A stretch of DNA of 64,000 nt from Dehalococcoidia bacterium (GTDB lineage Bacteria; Chloroflexota; Dehalococcoidia; Lucifugimonadales; Australimonadaceae), in contig OZ252105.1 of NCBI GenBank assembly GCA_965248455.1, forward strand, positions 2,269,360 through 2,333,359, read 5' to 3'. The notes under the pieces were generated by a model. It searched no databases and was not told where the DNA came from. It was given only the letters and a program-made list of their open reading frames with translations. Below, one piece after another: positions 18,567-27,671 of the stretch. How positions within the stretch are numbered: the first letter of the stretch is position 1; each line of letters starts with the position of its first letter. The translations under genes and the position numbers were made by a program.

Positions 18567-19413
18567 TGCCTCCGAAGCGCCCTCCGATGGCCATCATCTA
18601 CGATTTTGATGGCACGCTTGCCCCTGGCAACGTACAGGAACATCGTTTCATCCCCAACATAGGCATGAAACCCCAAGAGTTCTGGGATGAGGTCAGCCGT
18701 CTTTCCAAAGAGCATCAGGCGGATGGGATTCTGATGTACATGCACCTGATGCTGGAGAAGGCAAGGGAAAAAAGGTCCCAGTGCGCCTGAGTGACTCCAG
18801 GGCGCATGGCCAGGCGCTTGAATTGTTTGAAGGCGTCACTGACTGGTTTGACCGGATCAACAAATACGGGCGGAGCGAGGGCGTTCTTATTGAGCACTAC
18901 ATCGTGTCGTCCGGCAATACGGAGATCATTGAAGGTACCAAGATTAAGCACCACTTCAAGAAGATATACGCCTCCAAATTTATGTTTGATCATAACGGGT
19001 TGGCAGTATGGCCAGCGCTGGCAATCAATTATACGACGAAGACCCAATATCTGTTCAGGATCAACAAAGACGCGCATGACTTGAGCGACGATAGCGAAAT
19101 CAATAAGTTCGTCGAGAAGAAGGACCGTCCGATCCCCTTCGAGAACATGATCTACATTGGTGACGGCTCGACTGATGTGCCGTGCTTTCGGTTAGTGAAG
19201 GATCAAGGTGGGCTCTCCATCGCGGTATTCAAACCTCATGCCAAAGGCGCCCGCAACAAGGCTAAAGGATTTCACTGGGATGGTCGCGTCCACTGCGTAA
19301 TCCCTGCTGATTACACCGAGGGAAGCAAGCTAGACCAAGTCGTCATGGCAAATATCAGGCAGGTAGCTGCTCGCGAGGCACTCGAGGCCCTACAGAGGCA
19401 GGCGCCAACCTGA
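18566..19413 (+). pseudogene. HAD-superfamily hydrolase, split by a 1-nt deletion in an A6 run (18768-18773)
   Basis: ORF 18566-18790 has HAD motif I (IYDFDGTLAPG). ORF 18781-19413 has motif IV (YIGDGSTDVPCF). An A7 run would read ...EKAREKKVPVRLSD. The start overlaps the ImmA stop codon (TGATG). Confidence 0.75.
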
Positions 19414-19438
19414 GGCGTCGGGGTGATCTTCTGAAGAT

Positions 19439-19512
19439 TGGCTGGGGATGATGGATTCGAACCATCGTTACCTGATCCAGAGTCAGGCGGCCTACCACTA
19501 GCCGAATCCCCA
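19439..19512 (-). tRNA. tRNA-Gln (anticodon CUG)
   Basis: Acceptor TGGGGAT/ATCCCCA, anticodon stem CCTGA/TCAGG with loop CTCTGGA, T arm GATGG-TTCGAAT-CCATC, discriminator G, encoded CCA. Confidence 0.85.
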
Positions 19513-19558
19513 GCGAGTGCGGACTACCATCGTACCAAAGCCGTGCCTTCCCGTGTAC

Positions 19559-21022
19559 CTACCCCGGTGACAGCGCGGCGAGTGCGGCCCGCATGCGCGT
19601 GAGGCAGCGATCCTTCCCCAGCACGGCCAGCGTGTCGAACAGCGGCGGCGCGGCGGTGCGCCCCGTTACCGCAACGCGTATCGTTCCGAAGAGCTGGCCC
19701 GTCTTGACGCCGAGGTCTGGCGCCAGCGCGCGATAGGCCGACTCCAGAGGTTCCACGCTCCAATCGCCGATGCTTTCGGCGGTGGCGATGGCCTGCTCCA
19801 ATGCTGCCCGCGTACTCTCCGCGTCCATCCCCTTCTGCACCAGCGACGCAGCGTCGTACGCCAGACGCTCCTGGAAGAAGAACGACAGCATCTCCGGCGC
19901 GTCCGAGAGCTTCTTCAGCCGCTCACGCTCCAACGGAACGATCGAGGAGAGATAGGCCCGGTCAACCGGACGAGCGCTCGCAGGGAGGCCGCCCGCCTCG
20001 CCGTCGACCCATGGCGTGATGGCGTCCGCAAGCTCGGCGTCGCCCATGCGTCTGATGTAGACGCCGTTGAACCAGTCCAGCTTCTCGTGATTGAACACGG
20101 CGGAGCTGCTCAGGATGCGTTCGAGCGTGAAATGCTCGATGAGCTCGTCTCTCGTGAACAGTTCGCTCGTCTCGTCGAGCGACCAGCCGAGCAGCGCCAG
20201 GAAGTTGAGCATCGCGTCCGGCAGATAGCCGTCGTCGCGGAACTGCAGAACGGATGTCGCTCCGTGTCGCTTGCTCAGTTTCGCGCGGTCGGGCCCAAGG
20301 ATGATCGGCAGGTGAACGAGGCGCGGCATGTCGTACCCCAGCGCCTCGTAGAGCATCTGGTGGCGCGGCGCGCTCGGCAGCCACTCCTCCGCTCGCATCA
20401 CGTGCGTTATCTCCATCGCATGGTCGTCCACCACGTTCGCCAGGTGATACGTCGGGAAGCCGTCCGACTTCAGCAGAACGAAATCGTCGAGCAGCGATAC
20501 GTCGAACATAACCGGCCCGCGCACGAAATCATCGACGGTGCTGGAGCCTTCGAGGGGCGTCTTGAAGCGCACCACGGGGTTGAGATTCTCAGCCTTGGCC
20601 TTCTCCGCCTCGATTGGATCGCGACAGCGGCGGTCGTAGCCGGAGCGGTCGCCTTTCGCCTGCTTCTCGCGCCGCACGTGGTCGATGCGTTCCTCGGAGC
20701 AGTAGCAGAGGTACGCCTTATCCTCAGCGACGAGGCGCTCGGCATGCTCCTGATAGAGCGGAAGCCTCTCCGACTGGACGTACGGGCCGTAAGCGCCGTC
20801 CTTCCCCGGCCCCTCGTCCCAGTCGAGGCCGAGCCACGAGAGCGCGTCGAGAATCGCATCCATCGCCCCAGGCACGAGGCGCGACTGATCAGTGTCCTCC
20901 ATGCGCACGATGAACGATCCGCCGGCGTGGCGGGCGTACAGCCAGTTGAACAGAGCTGACCTGATATTGCCGACGTGAGGCTCGCCGGTAGGGCTGGGGG
21001 CATAGCGAACGCGGACGGTCAT
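19559..21022 (-). CDS. gltX: Glutamate--tRNA ligase
   Basis: 487-aa ORF. MTVRVRYAPSPTGEPHVGNIRSALFNW carries the HIGH-type motif, and KLSKRHG is the KMSKS motif. Confidence 0.95.
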   Translation of the reverse strand: MTVRVRYAPSPTGEPHVGNIRSALFNWLYARHAGGSFIVRMEDTDQSRLVPGAMDAILDALSWLGLDWDEGPGKDGAYGPYVQSERLPLYQEHAERLVAEDKAYLCYCSEERIDHVRREKQAKGDRSGYDRRCRDPIEAEKAKAENLNPVVRFKTPLEGSSTVDDFVRGPVMFDVSLLDDFVLLKSDGFPTYHLANVVDDHAMEITHVMRAEEWLPSAPRHQMLYEALGYDMPRLVHLPIILGPDRAKLSKRHGATSVLQFRDDGYLPDAMLNFLALLGWSLDETSELFTRDELIEHFTLERILSSSAVFNHEKLDWFNGVYIRRMGDAELADAITPWVDGEAGGLPASARPVDRAYLSSIVPLERERLKKLSDAPEMLSFFFQERLAYDAASLVQKGMDAESTRAALEQAIATAESIGDWSVEPLESAYRALAPDLGVKTGQLFGTIRVAVTGRTAAPPLFDTLAVLGKDRCLTRMRAALAALSPG

Positions 21023-21135
21023 CGTGAGTCAATCCTATCATGCAGCCTGCCGGACGCCTGCCATAGGTAGCCGCCGACTCGTGCGCGAACGTGCTATCTC
21101 GGCCAGGCGGCTACCGGCAGAGGAACGCTGTGGGT

Positions 21136-21789
21136 CTATCCCTTGGGCGACGGCAGGAACGGGATGATTTGGCTTGCGAGGGCGGACATCGTGCGGGACT
21201 GTATCCAGATGTGGCCGCTGCCCCGGAACTTCGGGACGAGCCCTTCGCCCCCGCCGATGAGCGACCCAAGTCCGCCGACCTTGCCGACGGAGTACTGCAC
21301 ATCATCCGTAAACGCGACGACGTGCCCGGTGTCGACGACCAACTCCTTGCCGGGTTCGATGGAGACCTGCTTGAGAGCGCCGTAGCAGTTGTAGAAGACG
21401 GTTCCCTGCCCGCGCTCGGCGAACGCTCGCAGGAAGAAGATCTTCTCCCCGCTGAACATCCCCTTCATGCCCTGGAACTGCGAATCCGTCTGCACGTTCT
21501 CCGTACACGCCTTGAAAGAGCCGCCCTGGATGAACAGGTTCTGCCCCGGCGATAGCTCGTGAGACAACACGTCCCCCGGCACGGGCGGCGATAGGCTTAC
21601 CCAGCCTCCGCCGGCCCCGGCGGTGAACGTGTTGACGAAGAAGGACTCGCCGCCCACCATGCGCTTCAGGCCGCCGAACAGACCGCCGCCTCCGCCCATG
21701 CCGGTCTTCATGGTGACATCCTGCTGAGCGACCATCGCTCCCGGCTCCGCCTTGATCGATTCTCCGGCGGAGAGTTCGGCGGTGAGCAT
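21136..21789 (-). CDS. AIM24 / TIGR00266 family protein
   Basis: Family-typical AEPGAMVAQQ..., a Gly-rich loop, VDTGHVVAFTD and HIWIQSR. The frame stays open upstream (..KTTIEFSPSYT-MLTAEL), so the true start may be a non-ATG codon near 21825. Confidence 0.75.
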   Translation of the reverse strand: MLTAELSAGESIKAEPGAMVAQQDVTMKTGMGGGGGLFGGLKRMVGGESFFVNTFTAGAGGGWVSLSPPVPGDVLSHELSPGQNLFIQGGSFKACTENVQTDSQFQGMKGMFSGEKIFFLRAFAERGQGTVFYNCYGALKQVSIEPGKELVVDTGHVVAFTDDVQYSVGKVGGLGSLIGGGEGLVPKFRGSGHIWIQSRTMSALASQIIPFLPSPKG

Positions 21790-21995
21790 CGTGTAGCTGG
21801 GGCTGAACTCAATGGTGGTTTTCAGGGGAATCCTCTCGTGTGCCTCGTGTGTCCGCGTCGCCTGGTACGTGTGCGACTACGAATAATGGTAGGGGAACGC
21901 TCAGGGGTGGTCAAACCATTTGGGGTGGCCAAAACATAGCGAAAGGAGGCGGTTTTGGTATGCTCTGGCGTGATGCCAGCCAAGGAGGACGCGGG

Positions 21996-22946
21996 ATGAC
22001 GACGACACGGCGATTGCCATCTGAGGAAGAAGTGCTGGGCTATTTCCAATCGCTGAGCAACTGGGGGCGCTGGGGAGACGACGACCAGCGAGGCACCCTG
22101 AACCTGGTTACCGACGAGAAGCGCCAGCAGGCGGCATCGCTGGTGAAGGATGGCCTGAGCATCGGCTGCGCGCGTCCCGTGAGCACCCAGCACGCCGTCG
22201 ATCAGCCGATTACGCCCGTGCATTTCATGGTGGAGAGCGGCGAGGTCTACTGCCTCGACGACGACGCGGAGTGGACGACGCAGCACTCGATGGACTACTT
22301 CGGTATGGCGATACACGGCCCGGGGCAGACGCACCTCGACGCGCTCTGCCATCAGTTCTGGCGAGGGAAGATGTACAACGGACGCCCGGCCAGCGTCATA
22401 TCCTCCGGCGAGAAAGCAACGTTCGGGGCGGTGGACGGCATGAAGGACGGCCTCGTCACGAAGGGCGTGCTGCTGGATCTGGCGAAGCTGCGGGACGTGC
22501 TCTGGTACGAGCCCGGAGAGGCGGCGTACGTCGAAGACCTCGAAGCGGCGGAGGCCGCGCACGGGGTGAAAGTGGAAGAAGGCGACGCCCTCCTCATACG
22601 ATTCGGATGGACCAGACGGCGTAATATGCTTGGGCCGGTGCCCAGGGACGGCGGACGCGCGGGGCTGCATGCCTCCTGCCTGCCGTGGCTGCACGAGCGT
22701 GGCATATCGGTGCTCGCATGCGACAGCGCCCAGGAGGTTCGCCCCACGGGCTACGACGGCATGTACGGCCCCATCCACTCGGTTGGGCAGGTTGCAATGG
22801 GCCTCTGGCTGGTAGACAACGCAGATTTCGATGCGCTCGCTGAAGCGTGCGAAAGGGTGGGACGCTACAAGTTCATGTTCACGCTTGCCCCGCTTCATTT
22901 CCCGCTGGCGACAGGCTCGCCCATCAACCCCATTGCGTTGCTTTAG
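21996..22946 (+). CDS. Cyclase family protein (kynurenine-formamidase-like fold)
   Basis: I chose the internal ATG at 21996, which is preceded by AAGGAGGA. Supporting motifs are RWGDDDQRGTLN and GPGQTHLDALCH (HxGTHxDxxxH-like). Confidence 0.7.
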   Translation: MTTTRRLPSEEEVLGYFQSLSNWGRWGDDDQRGTLNLVTDEKRQQAASLVKDGLSIGCARPVSTQHAVDQPITPVHFMVESGEVYCLDDDAEWTTQHSMDYFGMAIHGPGQTHLDALCHQFWRGKMYNGRPASVISSGEKATFGAVDGMKDGLVTKGVLLDLAKLRDVLWYEPGEAAYVEDLEAAEAAHGVKVEEGDALLIRFGWTRRRNMLGPVPRDGGRAGLHASCLPWLHERGISVLACDSAQEVRPTGYDGMYGPIHSVGQVAMGLWLVDNADFDALAEACERVGRYKFMFTLAPLHFPLATGSPINPIALL

Positions 22947-23012
22947 GCGATGGCGCCCCGCGCGCCTGCTCTCCGATGAACAACCGAAGCATCCCGGGAG
23001 CGTGGCGGCCTA

Positions 23013-25028
23013 ATGGACGCGATAACGACAGCCGCCGCGACGCTGCTGGAGCCGACCTACTGGATCGTACTGATAAGCGTCGTGCTGCTCTCGGCGTTGG
23101 TGAGCGCCATCCCAGGCACAAACGCCTTTCTCGTCATGGCGCTCGCGTTCCCCTACATCCTCTTCAACGTGGAAGACAAAGCGATAGGGCTGGTCGCGCT
23201 GGCCACCATAAGCGGCGTCAGCAACACGCTGGACTCGATACCCGCAGTCCTCATCGGCCAGCCGAGCGCCGCGACGCAGGTAACGTTCCTGGAAGGCCAT
23301 CAGCTCGCACGCCAGGGGAAGGCCGCCTATACGCTGGGAGCGGTCTACGCCGTCTCTGCGCTAGGCGGCATCTTCGGCGCGATGCTGCTCGTCATCGCCA
23401 TTCCGGTGGCGCGTCCGTTCGTGCTCAAGTTCGGCTTCTCGGAGATTGCGGCAACGGGCGTCATCGGCATCGCGATGGTCATCGTGCTCAGCCGTGGCGT
23501 TATGGTCAAGGGACTCATCGCTGCGTTCGTCGGCATGCTGCTCGGCATCATAGGGTCGTTGGGCGGCAGACTCACAGTGGACCCGTTCGTCAGGATGGAT
23601 CTGGTGCCCTTCATCCTGGGACTCTTCGCCCTGCCGGAGCTGATAGACCTCATGATCAGCCGCCAGCCCGTCGCGCCGAAGGGCGCGGTAACCTCGACGG
23701 CGGAGGTCATGCGTGGCGCGAGGTACGGCATCTCGCGTTGGCGGATGACGCTGCGCCAATCCGCCTTCGGCGTCTTCCTCGGAGCGATCCCCGGCGTCGG
23801 CTCGGCTGTCGTGGACTGGCTGGGCTACGCGTTCGGCATCATGCTCACAAAGGACAAGTCGCAGTTCGGCAAGGGCTCGATAGATGGCGTGCTGTTTGCG
23901 GAATCGGCCCAGAACGCCAAGGAGGCAGGCGCGGCGCTGCCGACGCTCGCCCTGGGCGTGCCCGGAGCGCCAACCTGGGCGCTGGTCGTCACCGCCATGA
24001 TCTCGTACGGCGTGGCGCCAGGGCCGGAGATGCTAGGTTCCAACGCCCATATCACCATACTGTTGGTCATTACGCTGGCCCTCGCCAACCTGTTCATAAC
24101 GGGCATCGGGCTGGGGGTTACGGGGCTGCTTGCGCGGCTCACCACCGTCCCATACCCCATCATCGGCTCCGTCGTCATACCCATCGTCCTGCTCTCTGCA
24201 TTCATCGACACCTACAGCTGGCGCGGCATCCAGATCGCGATAGGCATCGGCGTCATGGGGCTGATGATGAAGCGGTACGGGTGGCCCAGGCCGCCGATGA
24301 TTCTCGGCTTCATCCTCGTGCCGATCATCGAGTTGAACCAGTTCAACTCCGTGAACATATACGGCTACTTCGGTTCGCTGAGCCGCCCGCTGACCTTTTC
24401 CATCCTGGCCATCGCCGCACTAACGGCTGTGGTGCTGATGCGCTCCGTGTCGCGCATGGAGCGCGATGCGGCAATCATCCCCGAGAAGAACCCGGACGAG
24501 ACGACGAGAACCGCTCCCGCCCGCCTGCTGACGGCGCTGCGCCGCCCTGACGTCATCATCCCGCTCGTCGTGATGGCGGGGGTGGGTCTGCTGCTGTCGG
24601 ATCACCTGCGTAACCCGGTGCAACCGGCGTGGCGGTTCACGAGCTACCCCTTCTGGCTCTCGGTGATGACGCTCGCGCTGCTGGCCGTCGAACTATGGCG
24701 GGGACTCCGTGGACGCCCGCGCCCGCTCTCGATCATGGACATCGGATTGCTGAGCCGCGACATGGAAGGAGCGCTCGCCGCATCACTCCGGGTTGCGGGG
24801 CTGTTCGCGCTCTTCATCCTCGTAGGGACAACCGCAGGGATGCGATGGGGAGCCCTCGCCTTCGCGATTGCCGGGCCGATAGTGCTGCTGCGAGGCCCCG
24901 GGCGGTGGGTGGCATCGGCGATCACGCTGCTGATTGTCCTGATCTTCGTCTGGGTCTTTCTCGACAACATCCTCTTCATCATCTACCCGAAGCCGTTTAT
25001 CGCCGAGTGGTTCCGGAGCCGGTTCTAG
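23013..25028 (+). CDS. Tripartite tricarboxylate transporter TctA-family permease with an extra C-terminal four-TM (TctB-like) extension
   Basis: 671 aa against about 500 aa for a typical TctA. The TctA-like body runs to about residue 490, followed by a hydrophilic linker and four further hydrophobic helices. Confidence 0.8.
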   Translation: MDAITTAAATLLEPTYWIVLISVVLLSALVSAIPGTNAFLVMALAFPYILFNVEDKAIGLVALATISGVSNTLDSIPAVLIGQPSAATQVTFLEGHQLARQGKAAYTLGAVYAVSALGGIFGAMLLVIAIPVARPFVLKFGFSEIAATGVIGIAMVIVLSRGVMVKGLIAAFVGMLLGIIGSLGGRLTVDPFVRMDLVPFILGLFALPELIDLMISRQPVAPKGAVTSTAEVMRGARYGISRWRMTLRQSAFGVFLGAIPGVGSAVVDWLGYAFGIMLTKDKSQFGKGSIDGVLFAESAQNAKEAGAALPTLALGVPGAPTWALVVTAMISYGVAPGPEMLGSNAHITILLVITLALANLFITGIGLGVTGLLARLTTVPYPIIGSVVIPIVLLSAFIDTYSWRGIQIAIGIGVMGLMMKRYGWPRPPMILGFILVPIIELNQFNSVNIYGYFGSLSRPLTFSILAIAALTAVVLMRSVSRMERDAAIIPEKNPDETTRTAPARLLTALRRPDVIIPLVVMAGVGLLLSDHLRNPVQPAWRFTSYPFWLSVMTLALLAVELWRGLRGRPRPLSIMDIGLLSRDMEGALAASLRVAGLFALFILVGTTAGMRWGALAFAIAGPIVLLRGPGRWVASAITLLIVLIFVWVFLDNILFIIYPKPFIAEWFRSRF

Positions 25029-25930
25029 CGGTCGTTCCGCAGCACGCCAAGAGCGTCGGCGAGGTCATCTGGCAGCGGAGCCTCGAACGTGACGCGCTCG
25101 CTCTCGTCGGGAGGCAGCGCGAACTCCAAACGCATCGCGTGCAGGAAGTGCCTCCCCACCAGCGCGGAGCGCTTGCCGTACACCGTGTCGCCCACCAACG
25201 CATGCCCGATGTGCGCCATGTGCACGCGTATCTGGTGCGTCCGCCCCGTTACGGGGTGAGCCTGCACCAGCGTGAACCTGCCGAGTGGCCCATCGAAACG
25301 CTCCGTCACGTGATAGTGCGTCAGCGCGAAGCGCCCGTTGCTCACGACCGCCATCTTCTTGCGATTGCCCGGGTTCCTCCCGATGGGCGCGTCCACCGAG
25401 CCGTCGTCGTCTCGCGCCAGACCGGTTGAGAGCGCAGCGTACGTCTTGGAAACGGTGCGTTCTTTCAGCTGGCGCGTCAGGCTCCAGTGCGCCGCGTCCG
25501 TCTTCGCCACGACGATCAGCCCGGAGGTGTCCTTGTCCAGCCGGTGTACGATGCCCGGCCGCTGCGTACCGCCGATGCCCGGTAGGTCATGTGTGATGGC
25601 AAGCAGCGCGTTGACCAGCGTACCGTCCGGGTGCCCCGGTGCGGGATGAACCGTGAGCCCTGCGGGCTTGTCCACGACGATGAGGTGCGCGTCCTCGTAG
25701 ACGATCCCCACCGGGATGTCCTGCGGCGTGAGATCGAGCGGCTTTGGCGCGGGGATGACAACCGCTACGACGTCGCCAACCTGCACAATCGCCGAGGGCT
25801 TTGCCTCTCGCCCGTTCAGCGTGATCAGCCCCTCGCGCACCAGTGAGGCAGCGCGAGAGCGGCTCAGTGACGGGTCGCGTGCCTGCACGAACACGTCGAG
25901 CCGCGAACGGCCCTCGCTCCCGCTCACCAC
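25025..25930 (-). CDS. RluA-family 23S rRNA pseudouridine synthase (RluD-like)
   Basis: N-terminal S4-like domain and the catalytic motif HRLDKDTSGLIVVAK. 301 aa. Confidence 0.9.
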   Translation of the reverse strand: MVSGSEGRSRLDVFVQARDPSLSRSRAASLVREGLITLNGREAKPSAIVQVGDVVAVVIPAPKPLDLTPQDIPVGIVYEDAHLIVVDKPAGLTVHPAPGHPDGTLVNALLAITHDLPGIGGTQRPGIVHRLDKDTSGLIVVAKTDAAHWSLTRQLKERTVSKTYAALSTGLARDDDGSVDAPIGRNPGNRKKMAVVSNGRFALTHYHVTERFDGPLGRFTLVQAHPVTGRTHQIRVHMAHIGHALVGDTVYGKRSALVGRHFLHAMRLEFALPPDESERVTFEAPLPDDLADALGVLRNDR

Positions 25931-25946
25931 GAAGCGAAGCGGAGCG

Positions 25947-26462
25947 CTAGCCGTCGTACTCCTCGTCGCCGGGGGTGGTGGTCGTTACCAGCGCAGGCTC
26001 GTTGCGAGAGGGTCGCGAGAAGAGCGCGAACCCCGTGAAGAGGACGATGCCCGTCACGATGGAGGCATCCGCCAGGTTGAAGATGTACCAGGGGCCGACG
26101 TCGATGAAGTCGGTTACATGCCCCTGTGTGATGCGGTCCGCTAGGTTGCCGCAGGCGCCGGCGAACATGAGGCCGAGGCTCGCCTGCAGCCAGAGGCTGG
26201 CATCCTTCTGCGTTCGGTAGAAGAGCACGAGCACCCCGATGCCCACGATCGAGGCGAGGGTCAGCGGCACATTGTGGCCCCCGAACAGGCCGAACGCACT
26301 GCCGGAATTCGCCACGTGCGTGAACCGGAAGAAGCCGTCGGTAGGCCACGACTGGTACAGCGGCAGCGTCAGCACGATGCCGAGCTTCGACAGCTGATCT
26401 GCGGTGAAGGCTACCAGCGCTATCAGAACGACGACGCCATGCCGATCGAAGAAACCTATCAT
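25947..26462 (-). CDS. lspA: Signal peptidase II (lipoprotein signal peptidase)
   Basis: Motifs NSGSAFG and FNLADASIVTG. I chose the internal Met (MIGFFDRHG...) because the 224-aa track ORF extends over the repeat/IS target region. Confidence 0.85.
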   Translation of the reverse strand: MIGFFDRHGVVVLIALVAFTADQLSKLGIVLTLPLYQSWPTDGFFRFTHVANSGSAFGLFGGHNVPLTLASIVGIGVLVLFYRTQKDASLWLQASLGLMFAGACGNLADRITQGHVTDFIDVGPWYIFNLADASIVTGIVLFTGFALFSRPSRNEPALVTTTTPGDEEYDG

Positions 26463-26558
26463 CACCCCAAAGTCTACCAGCGCCCGCAAAGCGTGGCGAG
26501 AATATACGCTCCCTCGCCGCGTGCGAAACGACTCCCAAACCAACGACAACTGCCCCTT

Positions 26559-26732
26559 GTATGGTGGTGAGAGGCGGGGTAGGCCGTTTGCCCCTTGGTC
26601 GCTGAGACCGTGCGTAAGCATGACCGCCCCGCCTCTATTCCACCCGCCCTACCGGTAGCCCGAACAGTTGCCTGAGCTAGTGAGCTCGTATTCACAAGGC
26701 AGGGCACGGAAGGGCAGTCAGGAGCATAGCGT
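26559..26732 (+). ncRNA. Candidate IS110 bridge (guide) RNA encoded in the non-coding left end
   Basis: A 10-bp stem (26570-26579 / 26627-26636) encloses tgcccctt, identical to the left flank at 26551-26558. It also encloses gcgtaag, the reverse complement of the right junction at 27688-27694. Further on, acagttgc at 26664-26671 equals the element's last 8 nt before the TT core (27681-27688). Confidence 0.55.
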
Positions 26733-27671
26733 ATGGACTCATCCCTCTGCATCGGCATAGACGTTTCCCAGGATTGGCTCGATCTCGCGGCTCACCCAAC
26801 CGGACAACCCCAGCGCTTCAAGACCACTCCCGCCGGCCTGCATTCCCTCGTCGAGCACTGTCGCGATGCTCAGCCCCGCCTGATTGCCTTCGAAGCCTCC
26901 GGCGGTTACGAACGCCCTCTCTCCCACGCACTCACCCACGCCCAACTCCCCTTCGCCATCCTCAACCCCCGCAACGTCCGTTACTATGCCCGCTCCACCG
27001 GCGTCCTGGCTAAGACCGACCGCATTGATGCGGCCGTCATCGCCCAGTTCGCCCACGACATCCGCATCCAGCCGAAGCCTGCGCCGTCGCGCCCCGAGCA
27101 GACCGTGCGCGATCTTGCCACCCGCCGCAATCAACTGGTGGGGGACCACACGCGGGTGCGACACCAAGCCCGGCTGTTCTCCGGCGCAAGCCTGGCCAGC
27201 GCGAAGCGCCATCTCGCCTTCCTGAAGCGGGAGATCGCGGCGGTGGAGCAGGAACTGCGGAGGGTCATCGCCCAGGATGTCTCCCTGCGCGAGCGTTGGG
27301 AGCGGCTGCGGAGCGTTCCTGGCGTGGGTGAGACCCTAGCGGCAGCGCTACTCGGCAGTATGCCGGAGCTGGGACACTTGAACCGAGCAGCGGTCGGGAT
27401 GCTGGCAGGCCTCGCCCCGCACGCCCGCGACAGCGGGAAGCGCGAGGGGAAGCGCTTCTGCTGGGGCGGGCGTGCAAACGTGCGGAGGGCGCTGTACATG
27501 CCTATGCTCTCGGCAGTCCAGCACAACCCCGTGATACGCACGTTCTACCAGCGGCTGCTGGACCAGGGTAAGCCGAGGAAGGTGGCGCTCGTCGCATGCA
27601 TGCGCAAGATGCTGACCATACTGAATGCCATCCTGCGTGAGGAGACCACCTGGGACCCACAAATCGCTTGA
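26733..27671 (+). CDS. IS110-family DEDD transposase/recombinase
   Basis: 312-aa ORF. N-terminal GIDVS, FEASGGYE and KTDRIDA form the RuvC-like DEDD set. The C-terminal part shows the SVPGVGETLAAALL...RKMLTILNAIL pattern. Confidence 0.9.
   Translation: MDSSLCIGIDVSQDWLDLAAHPTGQPQRFKTTPAGLHSLVEHCRDAQPRLIAFEASGGYERPLSHALTHAQLPFAILNPRNVRYYARSTGVLAKTDRIDAAVIAQFAHDIRIQPKPAPSRPEQTVRDLATRRNQLVGDHTRVRHQARLFSGASLASAKRHLAFLKREIAAVEQELRRVIAQDVSLRERWERLRSVPGVGETLAAALLGSMPELGHLNRAAVGMLAGLAPHARDSGKREGKRFCWGGRANVRRALYMPMLSAVQHNPVIRTFYQRLLDQGKPRKVALVACMRKMLTILNAILREETTWDPQIA

Noticed and set aside
26463-26621. The N-terminal 53-residue extension of LspA in the 224-aa track ORF.
   Set aside because: The extension overlaps the repeat core and IS110 insertion site and is not membrane-protein-like. 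The internal Met gives a normal LspA of about 171 aa.
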